Source of the DNA: Eledone cirrhosa
Taxonomy: Eukaryota
Assembly (NCBI GenBank): GCA_964016885.1
Contig: OZ024741.1
Location: forward strand, 122,884,001-122,948,000
Direction of reading: 5' to 3'
DNA: 64,000 nt
Shown: positions 25,381-41,433 of the stretch, piece after piece
How positions within the stretch are numbered: position 1 is the first letter of the stretch
Layout: each line of letters begins with the position of its first letter
Translations under genes and position numbers: made by a program
The notes under the pieces: model-generated
The model's input: the letters and a program-made list of their open reading frames with translations, nothing else
Told to the model about the DNA's origin: nothing
The model's database searches: none

Positions 25381-26640
25381 GTATGTGTATGTATGTATGC
25401 ATGCGTGTGTGTATGTGAGTGTGTGGAGTCCATCAATGTTACATTTATAGGAATGTAGCATTTGTCGATTTATCTGGTATAGCCTGATCAACATTCAATT
25501 GTATATGTATAGGTATGGATGTGTGTGTGTGTGCGAGCCTTTGTGTGGTGGTGAGTGTATATATGTGTGTTTGTGCATGTGTGTCTTTAGGTGATATATC
25601 GACCAGGAAAAACATATCCAAATATTGCTTTAGGAAATAAGTTACTTGTTAGATATATAATTAAATCCTATAATAACAATGGATACAACATGGCTGAATG
25701 TATAAAATGTTGGTTCCGTAGTCATTAAGTCACAGGTTGGATCTCATTGCATGAAATCGTTAACAAACGTTATTTTCGTTAGTGTCAGATCGGCTCATAC
25801 TTTGTGAGTGAGATTGGGTAGACAGATACTGTTTGAAAGCCCATCACTTGCACATTATTTTCATGGGCAGGCTGATCAAACAACTGGAAAAACTGGAATA
25901 ATTTGAACAATTGGAATACTGATCATCGAAACCGACGGAAATCCATCGAATCGAATATTAAGAAACTCACTATCAATGCCACCGCCGCCCAGTTCTAAAC
26001 AGAAATACTGATTCTTAAATATTTGAATATCTGTTTATCTATTTATCGGTTTTCCAGAAATAATTTAAGAGGATTCTGATTCGAAATTAATAATGAATAA
26101 ATAAATATACATAATAAATAAATCAAATAGAATAAATTAAAAAGCAAAGAAGTAAAAAAGAAAATGAAAAAGAAATTAAAACAACATAACAAGCCTTCCT
26201 CATAATCCCTTAAAAATCGTTTGACGTAATACAAATCCATTCAGCGGAGATGGAGGAGAACAGTTTCATTATGTTGATACTGATGTTGCTTATGATGGTT
26301 TTATCGTTGTAATTATGCAGATTGGAAATGACAGATAGTTCTATATAATGATATAATATGCTTGCATTTGCATAAGATTGGTTTAAAGATTGAGAAATAC
26401 TAGATTTACATTGAGAAATGATGATGAATTATACGCTTGGCTTTATAGAAATGAAAGAGATATGTAGGCTACACTGTAAGAAATAGTAAACACATAATCC
26501 CTTATTCATTTTATTGTTTAAGGATAATATATACACACATATAGTCACATCATACAAACGTATAGATACAAGCATTTGCAATGATATACCATGCACACAC
26601 ACACAACACACAGACGTATGTTAAAATGTATTATTACTAA

Positions 26641-26782
26641 TTGGCAGTTACGTCCCTTTACGATCTGAGTTCAAATCCCGCCGAAGTTGACTTTGCCTTT
26701 CATCCTTACGGGGTCGATAAAAGAAAGTACCACTAATGCACTGGGTAATTGCTGGCCTTGTGCCTAAAGTAGAAACAATTAT

Positions 26783-26784
<2 letters not shown>
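26641..26784 (+). mobile_element. SINE, same family as 24865-25080 (internally deleted)
   Basis: gagttcaaatcccgccgaagttgactttgcctttcatccttacggggtcgat...ggccttgtgcctaaagtagaaacaatt. Confidence 0.85.
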
Positions 26785-26828
<44 letters not shown>

Positions 26829-26891
26829 CGGGAGTATATGCATGGATGGATAGATGCATGTGCACACATACATACACACATACATACAAAG

Positions 26892-26970
<79 letters not shown>

Positions 26971-26974
<4 letters not shown>

Positions 26975-27222
26975 TATGTATACGCAAATACATATATGTA
27001 TACAGACGTACAGTAGTATGTATATATATACATACATGCACACATATATACATGTACGTATAGATTTACCGGGCAACTATTATAATGCTTGGTTTGTTTG
27101 TAAACAAACAAACATCCCGAATTAAGCCGTACAGTGTCTAGCAACCATCGTTGCCCTTTTGTTCAACACTGTTAAAGGAACGATGTACTAGTTTCAAGCT
27201 TATAAGCTATCGTCAGCACCGT
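26971..27222 (-). mobile_element. Partial copy of the retrozyme-like family with hammerhead at 27180-27222
   Basis: Homologous to 24005-24250. acggug-CUGACGA-uagcuuauaagcuu-GAAA-cuag-UA-caucgu. The 3' end abuts (TA)n. Confidence 0.85.
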
Positions 27223-29730
<2,508 letters not shown>

Positions 29731-29774
29731 AAGTTAAATAAAAGTCAAATGATTAAAATTTAGCTTCGTTTATT

Positions 29775-29829
29775 ACTGCTATATATATTTCAGTGACAGC
29801 CATCTTTGGCTGTGACCTCTTCAGGCAGT
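29775..29829 (-). ncRNA. Type I hammerhead motif in an inverted, diverged PLE pseudo-LTR copy (~29725-29990)
   Basis: acugc-CUGAAGA-ggucacagcc aaagau ggcugucacu-GAAA-uauaua-UA-gcagu. Confidence 0.88.
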
Positions 29830-31224
29830 TTGAATTAGTATGGTATAGACAAGTACATATGTTGTTTAGGTGTATGATATTGTCAATACTCTGATATGCC
29901 CAGTTCCTTGCTGGGTTGTTAATTCACTGGGGAACTGGAGTCATATGTTGTGATTCATCATGTTTACCGATGCGTTGAAACAAATGAGGAAAGATTATAA
30001 AGAATTAAGTACTGAGCTTCTAGTAGATTGCGTATTCCGCAGAGAATATTATGCTAGTCGCTTAATGTGTGTGACAATGCGGTTATAACCCTTCTATCAA
30101 ATCGTCTGTGACTGCCGCTGGTTTCATTATACAATTCTACATATTTTAAAGAGTGTCTATGTATGTGGAAACATTCCAGCATAATTTAAATAAGAACATT
30201 TGTTAATGAGAAAATTAATTTCGTTACTAAATGACTGTATATTCTTGGTTAATTTCAAAATTATTTTAAAATAATAGGTATTACCTTTCGTTAGTGATAT
30301 TTATCTAAAAGAGTTAAATAGAAAATAGTTTCAAATATATCAAAGCATAAAATTTGGTGTACCGTTATAAGCTGAACTATATATAGATTTAGGTGTATCA
30401 CTAGTGATAGAAGAATATGAAAAAGTTATAAAGCTGCCTAATCATTTAAAAATATAGAGTCACCAGCGACATGCAAATTTCTAGTAAAGAAGTGCAGTTT
30501 TCTTTCATTGTATTTTTTCTACTACTATAACAGCCTATGCTTCCGTGATTATCAAGTTAAATACCATCTCCACACAAAAACCACTGCATGCAGTAGCTTG
30601 CCTTTCCTAATCCTGGGAATATTCCACAAGTTAGGACGAGACAGATATAAATAGCACTTGAATTTCCTTAAATCTTTATCTAACGTTTAATGGTCCAGAA
30701 GATTTAGGAAAGACCTGGGTTTAAATAACAACACCACCCCTTTTACTTCATCTCACCATTTCTTCAGTACTTTTCTAGTGTAACTCAATAGTAAGTTTAT
30801 ACGTACCATCGAGATTCTTTACCGTCCGTAAAAGGGCACGATATCAAGCTGAATATCACCTACACGGTTCTCTATGTTTAAGGAAACTTTCAGAAAAGAA
30901 ACAAACACGGATGTAGACTAAATATATAAAAACAGTTACATATTTAGGTAAGATCTTGTATATGCAGCGTTAAGAAGGCTACAAGCACAGTAATGGACGT
31001 TTGCGGCAAACAACATGAGAGTATATTTCCCAGAAAGCATAGATGTTGTCGAGTATGGTTCTACTTTAAAGAATACTCTAACTGAAAATAAACTCATCAA
31101 CTTCAAATTTAAGGAAGGTTGCCAAACTAACCAATTATCTAGTGTGAATTATGCAATGAGCTATAAAATGTCTCTCTTCTCTTTCTCTCTCTATATATAT
31201 ATATCTTATATCTCATTGCATAAT

Positions 31225-31611
31225 TCACTACCACCAGGGTAAAGTAGGTCAGTTGGACTTGAACATTCTGATAAAAACAACTATAACAGGCTGACGTGAT
31301 TCTTAGGAATGTCTATAGACTGGGAAGTGGGATGATAAATAACCAATGGCGTGGGCGCGTATCCTCTGATGCTGAAATTCGTTTGTTCTAGCCCATATGA
31401 TTCCAGTTGCTCTGAGGACTAACAACACACCCAGGAGCTGGACATACCGCTTAATTGACAGAGTGGAACGCAATGCAACACCAGGTCTACCTGTTTTTTC
31501 TACATTCATTCGTACTGCCGGAATAGGTCACAGCCAATAATAGCTGTCACTGAAATATATATAGCAGAGAATTATAATAAACGAAGCCAACTTTAACATA
31601 TTTGACTTACT

Positions 31612-31620
<9 letters not shown>
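31225..31620 (+). mobile_element. Solo PLE pseudo-LTR copy (homologous to 29200-29600) with decayed hammerhead at 31515-31567
   Basis: Direct similarity. The core is mutated to CGGAAUA. Ends in (TA)n. Confidence 0.8.
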
Positions 31621-31652
<32 letters not shown>

Positions 31653-31756
31653 TATATGTATAGTATGCTTAATTAAAAACATTTTGAAGACCTTGCGCTA
31701 TTATTTTAAAGTAGTGACAATGTCACTTATTTCTTTTTTCAACAAACGAAGGGAGA

Positions 31757-31802
31757 TAAGCTGACAGATCTGTTTCACACTGTTGGTGATCATCAGAGCT
31801 TA
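31757..31802 (-). ncRNA. Type I hammerhead ribozyme motif (GUC site)
   Basis: uaagcu-CUGAUGA-ucac caaca gugu-GAAA-cagaucug-UC-agcuua, enclosed by a further 13-bp helix (ttttcaacaaacg/cgtttgttgaaaa). Confidence 0.88.
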
Positions 31803-31927
31803 CCACTCGCCGACGTTTGTTGAAAATTACATAGTCTGGATTCTTATAGAATTCCAGTAATAATCAGGAACTGATTATACAGAGCGATTGCTAGTCCACC
31901 AATAAGTGAAAATTAGGATTGGTGCTC

Positions 31928-32028
31928 TGAAATAGCGATGTATACATGAATATGTATATATATTTGGCAAGCATACAGTATATTGCCAAATAAACTGTAC
32001 ATATATTCATGTATACATCGCTATTTCA
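31928..32028. repeat. Imperfect palindrome
   Basis: tgaaatagcgatgtatacatgaatat ... atattcatgtatacatcgctatttca, with inner atttggcaa/ttgccaaat. Confidence 0.9.
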
Positions 32029-35000
32029 TCGCTATTTCGTTTTTGTTGCGGTATGTATCTTGTCGGTAAGATTGAGTGTAGTTTTATGAATTCCATTTGT
32101 TTGTGTTCGTGAATAGCGTTAGTTCGATATTGATTTGTTTGCGTTACGGTTAACGCAAGTAAAAGTTATATTTATTTATTTATATATAGAACAGAAAATG
32201 AAAGACTGAAAGAAAGGGTGTAAGAGAAATGGAAAGAGAATGAAGGAAAGTTATATAGTACACAGAACATCATACAGTGATATTGTTTATGGTGCGCAGA
32301 CATTTGGCAGTTGCGACTGAGAGTCAAGAATGTTTAACCAGAATCTACCGGAGATATCAGAAGCGAGATGTTTCTGTTGGATAGCCCTAAATTACAAAAG
32401 CAATATTTTCAACAAGGCTTTACTAGTTTTAATATGCAAAACGAGAAATTGAATGGACATCTACCTGTTTCGACTGATTAGCGTACCATTAATTCAATTA
32501 ATGGAAGAGGAAAGATACTGCTCATGAAATGAAAGTCTAATTGAATGTGCATACTAGAGACAAATGTATCGTTAACGTACTGCTCAAGTAGATTCTGCAT
32601 GACCCCTTCAACTACAGGTACAGCCCAATCTGACGGGTTTCCAAACAGTTTCTCTGTACTAAATTTTACACATGGGTCGACTCAGGTTTGTGGCAACCCA
32701 CTAATATTGGGATCTAACACGTGGACTAATGATTGCAAACGCACACATATACAAATAGAAATGCTGCTTTCTCATACTGACAGTCTGATATGTCAAACGA
32801 GCCTACAGTTAAATAAACTGAATTTTTCAATTCAATACAGCTTAACAAAGTGGAAAATGTTTATGTTGTGTATGTGAGGGATGTATGAAGAAAAGGATAG
32901 AATATAAGATGCTATTATCTGGATCTCTATATAAAGATATTACTTTAACTGATAACGTGTAGTGATATTGAACAAACTACTTCATGGCATTTTAGTTACA
33001 GACATTTTCAGAGCCAAATATAACTCAAAGAAAAATTCCAACATCAAAGACTTTGAGTTGATTTTCTTTGCTCACTATATATTAACAATCTATATGCGCT
33101 TATCGATCAGAACTGGCGATGACCAATTTTATTAATGCCTATATTTTGCAACAAATAAAAGAGAAAATAAAATGAGTAAATAAAAATAAAACAAAATAAA
33201 AAACAAAAAATGTAAAGAAAACGAAAAGTCAAAGTCTAGCTGGAATATGAAGTACATGAAAGCAGTGTGCAGTTTTGCTGATGTAAATGGAAATGTATTT
33301 TACTAATAGTGTAATGGCAGTGTAGAATTCTATTTTAAAATCATGGAAACTAAATGGAAACATCTTCAAGAGTTTAATTCGCTTTTTTTGAAGCAGATTT
33401 GTAGAGGAGGTCCTTATTTTCGATGCACATAGTTTTATATTCTAACATTAATAATCAACCCATTTAGAATACCTTTTAGTTACTTGATATTACTTTGATC
33501 GAATCAATATGAATCCGAGGAGAATTTAAAGAAATATATCGTATGGTTAAATATGTTATTAATTATCTAGTTTTTATAATGTGTTACCAAAAGGAACACT
33601 TGGATGAAAACCACAAACATTACTTAAGGAAACGAATTGGCAGAATGTTTAAGATGTCCAGTAGAATGCTTAACAATATGTGTGCGGAATCCTTGCTTTT
33701 TGAGTTCAAATCCCACTCGAGTCATATTTGGCTTTCATTCTATCGGCAACTATTGGCATAATTATTCTCCCTCTGTGAATTGCTCCCGTTGCTCCGTAAG
33801 AGGGGTTATGTAAGACGAAGCACAATGTCTCTATATCTAAAACAGACAAGATCTGAAGAGGTGTTAGCAATCTCTTCGTATAAAAAAATACTCCTATTCA
33901 TGTATATCAAACAGAAATCGCAGCTATGTAAAGCACACTGCGAAACTGTCGGAACGAACAATGTTACTTAGCTGAAAGACTATTTAACTGTATAGCCATG
34001 TTATTTCTTGAAGTATTGGAAAATAACTGTTAGTATTGATTTGGTATAGGCCATTGACTACGGATGTCATTTACTGGGAAAGATTCAGATGATCGTTCGT
34101 TTACTCGGCCCAAAGTAGCATTCCGATATCTCCTCCCTCCATCACATGAATGCTTTCAGAAATTGAATAACAAAGAATATAGATTACGTTTTATTTGTGG
34201 ACAGTCCAGCGAGAGGCTTAACTCATAAGTAAATAAAGTCAATTACAATGCAGTATATATCTCTGGAGTAGATCAGAAGCTTCCTCTGTGATGACAGATC
34301 ATTTCGGACATTGTATTGCTCCTATATTGTCGGTTTTCTCTTCCAGATCTAGATTGATACTAATCTGATTAGGCTGTCGACAAGACCACAGGGGAAATAT
34401 CTCGGCATCTTCTAAAGCCGATAGAACATCAGAAAGAAGATATCTTATATACATACATACTTCCATATATATATATATATATACATATATACACACAAAC
34501 ACACACGCAGACCCGCGCGCACACATACGCACACACATATATATGCAGTTTGTGAGATAATGTTAACGCCCAGCTCCTGTTAGTGATATTCAATTCGCTT
34601 CATATACGCTCAACGATGTTTACACGAACAAAATACATTTGGATTCTAGTATATATTATAATTATGATAGAGGACTGATGAACAAGAACATAGCCAGAAC
34701 TGTATCTCATAAAGAAAAGTATTGACATTAGTCAAGCAACTGCAATGTTCGAATTATCTTCCTCTATTTTCACAGATTTCTATCTTTTCAATGATATTTA
34801 GATATATATATATTTATAAATTCAGATGATAAATAAACAGATTGTTTGAAGGATAAATTGACGATTTTCTATCAAATGTTATTTAATATGAAACAAAGGA
34901 AAACGATTGATGGTTTAGCAAAGACGTACTCACGTAATGCATTATATAATCTATTCACATACTAGTAAATTGTATTAACGTAATCGATACTCTATTACCT

Positions 35001-35529
35001 TTATCAATGCATGGGCATTTATGAAGTGAAGACCTACTATCAGACGAGATAACTATGTCCGTAGAGCAAGGTGCGCCTTCAGTTCCAAATATATTATCTT
35101 TGTTCGCAAGCGTATAGTGAGAAGATAACCGATACTTCATGCTATGTATACAGATGTCGTAGAAAATAGTTTTCAGTTGAGTTGTATTCTGCAAATTCTC
35201 CTGAGAAGGAGCTAAGTTTGCAGTGAGGTGAGCAATGTATCTATTCCAGCAAACATTCTTGAAGAGAAATCTCCCAGAGATAACACCATGTGGGCTTAAA
35301 AATATTAGGACCTTGGACAATATACAAAATACGGAGGCTGTGAAGAGTGAAACGAATCTGATCGTGGGTCTGTCTGATGAGAAAAGGTTTGGGCTAAACG
35401 TATGTATGTATGTATATATGTACGTTCTTTTGGTTTTATAATTTCACAAATTTTTACCAATTGAGAGAGAGTCGGTTTCTAACATTGATACAAGACTCTC
35501 ATTGGAATTTACACATCAACTAGGTAGAT

Positions 35530-38000
35530 ATGTATGCATGTCTGAATGCATTCATGTGTAGATATGGATGTTATTGTATGTGTGGATGTGTATGTTTTGA
35601 GTTGTATGTGTGCATGTGTATATGCTTTGTATCTGTATATGCAGTTATTACATGCAACATTTTTGGAATGTTTTACATATTTTTACTGTTCCATTAATGG
35701 ATTGTACTTGTAATTTCCTAACTAGTTGTCTTCTTTCTGTTCCTGTGAAGCCTAGCTTCTCAAGATTTGTATTAAGGCAGTTACTAACATACCCCAGTGC
35801 CCCAATAATCACAGGCAGAAATCTGAAGGTGTAATCAGGGTGGACTATCTGCAGATTTCTTATCAGTTCTGCATAAATATTCTCCTTTTCGCTAATCTTT
35901 GATATTATATTGGCATCTGCTGGGCAGTTAACTTCTACTACTGTGCATGCTTTCTTTTCCCTGTCGCATATCATAATATCTGGTCTGTTATGCCTGCATT
36001 TTATTGGGGTTTTTACTGGAACATTCCACCAGTACTCTTTCATATTATATGGATGTCTTCCACATTGCTGTAGCTTTTAATGTGTTTATTATCGGGGCTA
36101 TCTTTTCTACGGATTGCATTGTACAGTGTTTTGGCCACTACATCATGCCTCATAGGTAGATAGTACCGTGATGTCATCTTTGGACAGCTGCTGATGACAT
36201 GGGTGACATCTTTGATGTTAATGCTTCAGAGTCTGCACTTGTCATCATAGCTTGGTTGTTTACCTGCCTCCCCATCTCTTTTGTGTATCAGGTATTCGTG
36301 TTAATTTCCTGTTCCTTGATTGGAAAAGCGTATCCTCCAAAGTGGGAGTCAATATAGCGGTTGTTGGTCCAAGTTAGACTACTTTCCTTATATATATTAC
36401 TCTCACTCGAGAGCTTCCTGGCAACATATCCATGCATGATTTTTTGCTGATAAGTATGCAGTTTTCCATCCATGGATTCACTGCGATACTGCTGAGCGAC
36501 TTCCCTGGGTGTGAGTTTTTGATTATCACACAGGGAATATCTCTCGAGAAGTTCCTTCCCAATTCTCATGATCTTATCTGTTTCATGCAGATAGACTTGC
36601 TCGAGTGACGTGCTCTCCTACGCTTCGAGATTCGTAGATGTTGTCGGAGGGTTATGATGCGACATTCAAATGCTGTCTGGACTGATGTTAGGCCTCTGCC
36701 TTCCTGCTTACGTTTCAAGTAAAGGCGGTCTATGTCACTGTTGATGTGGAATTTTCCGGTGTTGTTTAGTATTTTTCGAGTTCTAACATCAACGGCTTGG
36801 ATTTCGTCTATCATCCAATTGAGTATTCCAAGCGTTGGTGTTAGGACAGGCACAGCAAACACATTGTGAGCCACGGTTTTGTTTGCGGAGAGTTCCGATG
36901 ACCAGATCTTTCTTAATCGAGTGTAGTATTCCCTGGTTACGCGTTAGTTATTACAAATACCATTATAGGATATGTTCTCATCTATCCCCAGGTATCTGTA
37001 GCAGTCCTCATCAGATATCGGAGAAACAGGTAGGCCATTGATGACAATGTTGCTGGTATTCTCCGCTTTGCAGTCATGAGCATTTATTTTGGCCAAAATC
37101 TATTCCTACATCCTTTGAGAACGTTGTAACCAGGTCAAGATTTTTCTTCATCCCATCCATGTTCTTGGCATAGAGTTTCAGATCATCCACAAAGAAATTA
37201 TGGGTTAGGTTCGTATTTCTGTCCTCCTGTGAGGCAATGATGTATCCTTCACATTTCTTGAGCAGAAAGGACAAGGGGTTTAATGACAGGATGAATAATA
37301 TCACAGAGAGACTGACTCCCTGAAATATACCCCTGCGATATCTGATTTTATCAGTGAAAATAGAGTCCTCCTTCTCTGTCTTTAACTTTAGGATAGTAGC
37401 CCAAGAAGAAGACAGCTTCTCTATGGCTCTGAAAATAATTGTTTCTACTTTAGGCACAAGGCCATCAATTACCCAGTACATTACTGGTACTTTATTTTAT
37501 CGACCCCGTAAGGATGAAAGGCAAAGTTAACCTCGGCGGAATTTGAATCTCGGTGGGATTTGAACTCGTAACTATGCTAGAAAGCATGGCGTCCAACCCT
37601 CTACCGATACTGCCAATTCACAATGTCTGGGACTTTAGCAAGTTGGAGGGCCTCTATCATCCAAGAGTGGGGAACAGAATCGAAACCTTTCCTGTAGTCC
37701 AGCCAGACTATAGCCATATTCCTCCTAAGTTGTCGCACCTCCGACATCGCAGTTTTGTTGATTAGGAGTTGTTCAGCACATCCCCAAACGCCTTTCTTTC
37801 CAGCTGCTTGTTCATCTGTGATGATATTATTATTTTCACAGTGATCTTGGAGGAATAGGTTCTGTCAGGCTGTATATATCTTATACATCAGGTTCTGGCA
37901 TGCAATGGGTCGGTAGTTTTTTGGCAAGTGGGTCTCTTTGTTCTTGGGGGCCAGTAATGTTTGTGCTAATGTCAACCATTCTGGTATAAGTACTCTCCTG
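35530..38000 (-). mobile_element. Decayed R4/Dong-clade retrotransposon, copy D (third family), interrupted by a SINE
   Basis: Minus-strand pieces IPEWL..KNYRPIACQNLMYK..EQAAGKKG..WLDYRKGFDSVPHSW (37625-38000), GIFQGVSLS..FVDDLKLY and RPDIMICD..VVEVNCPAD..LPVIIGALG. Confidence 0.88.
37435..37625 (-). mobile_element. SINE inserted into Dong copy D
   Basis: Reverse complement of the 24865/26641 SINE family. It splits the RT reading frame. Confidence 0.88.
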
Positions 38001-38615
38001 TAGATTCTATTTTTATTTCTATGTTCTCTAATTTACCCTTGTGCTCTCTAATTTACCCTTGTGTTCTATTATAAATAGAACACAGGAGTAAATTAGAGAA
38101 CATAGAAATAAAAATAGAATCTACACACAGAAAAGACGCAATGTTTAGACAAATTACAGAGGCAATAAACATAAAAGAATTACAACCAAAATTAAATAGA
38201 ATATATAAGTGGAACAGCAACATCACAACTTACAATTAAGGACAAAATGAAAACACACACACACATAGAACAAACAACCAACCAGTAACATGTAAATAAA
38301 CAAATAAATAAATGAACATAAACACACACAGACACCCGGATGTGGCGCGTGCGCAGACTGAGCACACAACACACACAGAAACAAAATGGCGTAGGACAGA
38401 ACAAAGGAGAGGCACAGAAACAAAGAAAGGAATCCCCAGTCACTGAAGAGGTCACAGAGTGTGTGACGAAAGAACTATGACAATATATAAACAACTATCT
38501 GGTTGTGGAACCAACCAACCAACCAACCAGAAATTTATAAATTTATTATAATAAATTGAAGTGAAAGCAACTGGTGCGTGTGTTTCTTATTGGCAACACG
38601 ACCCTCCCAAAGTAT

Positions 38616-38620
<5 letters not shown>
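38000..38620 (+). mobile_element. PLE pseudo-LTR-like segment with inverted 5' junction and hammerhead motif at 38439-38481
   Basis: Foldback at 38000-38123. guca-CUGAAGA-g gucaca gagug ugugac-GAAA-gaac-UA-ugac. The terminus attggcaacacgaccctcccaaagtataacaa abuts (TA)n and recurs inverted at 39199-39230. Confidence 0.7.
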
Positions 38621-38682
<62 letters not shown>

Positions 38683-39127
38683 AAAAGAGTCAGGACCCCG
38701 ACGGTTGAGCTCCGGTCCTTTCGACAGCTTGATCCGAAACTACCCGTGCTCAGCCTTCAGGTCCTGACTCTTTTCCTATTATCCACTCTACTACCCTAAG
38801 TATCGAGTACCTTGGTGGGTTATGGTCCACCTGGTTTCTTACAACACTCTCTTTGTTTTATATATATACCCCAAGCTTAAGCTTACATATATCATGTACT
38901 TGTCTCTTCCTATCTTTCCGTTGCAATACCATCGTTGTTTGTTTATATGTCTCGCTCGTTTCACCCTATTTTATTTGTCCCAATAACTTTATTTAGTTAT
39001 TGCTCGCACCAACCAGAGGTATATGATTTTTAAAGCGATTAAATACCAATGAAAGTTGGAAGATCACTGATGAAGGACTAATTTTATTCATATGTAACCC
39101 ATGTGCAACCACGCAGCACTCCATTTT

Positions 39128-39203
<76 letters not shown>

Positions 39204-39864
39204 ATACTTTGGGAGGGTCATGTTGCCAATATATATATATATCAAAGTATTAAATTGTAGAAATATTGGAAATACATGTTTTCGAACATCTAACCCGCAT
39301 GCACTACTTCCAATGTTCCTCCATTTACCCATTCTTTTACAAGTCATTAGTGGAATAAATGTTATATATCATAGCATTACTTGGCACCAGATTACTAATG
39401 CCTTTTGGAAGAATCTATAAATACCTGTTGTTGTATACCTGAAGCTGTTAAATTATGGTTAAAGAAAATAAAAGAAATATATATCACATTTGTTTTTTGG
39501 TTTCAGTATGAAAGAATTTCACTTGTTTTTCTCCAATAATTCTTCATTGTGTTTTACATCATATTCTCTTTAATTTTTCTTTATTCGGAAAGCTGTATTT
39601 TCTAAAACAATTATATTTACTATTTATCTTTTACAAATTTTTCTGCTAATTCTGATTTGCAGTTTTTTTTCCTTTAGATATGCCTTTTCGAAACACATTA
39701 CTATTTCTCATATTTTTTCCCCCCCATTTAAATTATTTTCATATCCTTTCAGCTATTAAAAAAGTCAAATAATTATTTTATATGTCGTCTGCATTTTTAA
39801 CATTTCACATTACTTTTTGTTTCTTTTGTGAGAAAAATAAACTGAGAGTAATTCAGGCTATAAG

Positions 39865-39942
39865 CTACACACGCGCACGCACCCACACACACACACGCAC
39901 TAGCAAAAACACACACATATACACACACATACACACACACAT

Positions 39943-40020
<78 letters not shown>
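39865..40020. repeat. Imperfect (CA)n/(TA)n microsatellite
   Basis: Direct reading. Confidence 0.95.
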
Positions 40021-40304
40021 GCAATATTTGTTTAATCTAGGGTTATCTAAAATGAGAGTATGTTTTTTTTGAGTTGAGTTCATATTTCTTATTCACTGAA
40101 ATAATAATTTTTAAATCAAGCAAGAAAACAACGTTTGGTGGATATATGGTAAAGTAAATCGACCGGAGGTTTTGACTGGTACTTATAGTACCGTTTCTAG
40201 TTGAAAGTCAAAATCACCCTCGGTGGTATTTCACTGCATGATGTAATGTGCCGCAATAATATTTTGCCACCTAATCTATAACGATTTTTTCATGTATTAA
40301 ATGA

Positions 40305-40495
40305 AATAATTGTTTCTACTTTTGGCACAAGGCCAGCAATTACCCAGTACATTACTGGTACTTTATTTATCGACCCCGTAAGGATGAAAGGCAAAGTTAA
40401 CCTCGGCGGAATTTGAACTCAGATCATAAAGGGACGTAACTCTATGCTTCAAAACATGGTGTCCGACTCTCTATCGATACTGCCAATCCACCGTC
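40305..40495 (-). mobile_element. Full-length SINE with target-site duplication
   Basis: Reverse complement of the SINE family. tgtattaaatgaaataat occurs on both sides (~40293 and ~40497). Confidence 0.9.
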
Positions 40496-41350
40496 CTGTA
40501 TTAAATGAAATAATGAGAATAATTTGGATCCTAACATGACTGATTTGGACGTAAACAATATAACAACAACAACAACAACAATATCCTATTAGAGTGTGAT
40601 TCATCAAGTTAGCTGAGTCATAAGAGTAATTATCATCTCACAGAATCAATGATATTCCATATCCTGCTACGAATAATGTTCCTAGCCTACATTTTCTACT
40701 CACTGGGTTTTTTTCCGTATCCAATCATACAAGTTATCATCCAGAAAGTGACTATTTATAACGAGTGAAGACAAAACATGACTTTATTACTAAGAGATTC
40801 GCTACTCAATTTTTAGGTCTCATATTAGAGCCCATCACGTGGATTCATGTGCTAGAATCCTTTACTATAACCTCGGCCCCATCCTTGTAATTGAGTCTGA
40901 GTAGGCAGAAACTGTTAGGAAGCATTTCACTCCTGACTCAACCTGTAATTCTAAAGGTCAGTGTGTCAAATTATGTGTCACTCTAAAGTTGTCTCTCTCT
41001 CTCTTTGAAATGCTCACATTAATGAGAAGGTTCCGAGGAGGGAAGGAACATTTAAGGAAGTTATCCTCAAACAGTTACACATTACTAACGTTTGCAACAA
41101 GATAAACTCTGGTAGATGCACCGAAAGGAGAGCAGCATGTGTGTCTGTGGAACACACATACTTTATCTCCTTAAAACTGTTTTCCGTTTCTTCCTCTTCG
41201 TTATCTTTCTATTCTTTTATTTCTCATTCTAGCTTCTAATGAATGTCTAACGTCTGAAACGTTAAAACTCTTTTCCTAATATATGAAGTGTTAAACTAAC
41301 TTCAGTGTACTGTGTCGTGTTGTGTCGTTTTCTGTTTAGTAAATATATAA

Positions 41351-41433
<83 letters not shown>

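Noticed and set aside
30807-30917. AG/GT-bounded frame containing only TGA stops (possible selenoprotein exon)
   Set aside because: No selenoprotein motif, phase not compatible with the neighbouring candidate exon, and easily explained by chance.
34955-35400. 121-aa minus-strand ORF with a hydrophobic N-terminus
   Set aside because: No recognisable domain, no convincing start or splice structure, and the length is compatible with chance.
39060-41270. Hammerhead-like remnants at ~39067 (CTGATGAAGG, no GAAA half) and 41231-41269 (CTAATGA...GAAACGTTA)
   Set aside because: Truncated or core-mutated. Probably decayed PLE ribozymes and not annotated as functional.
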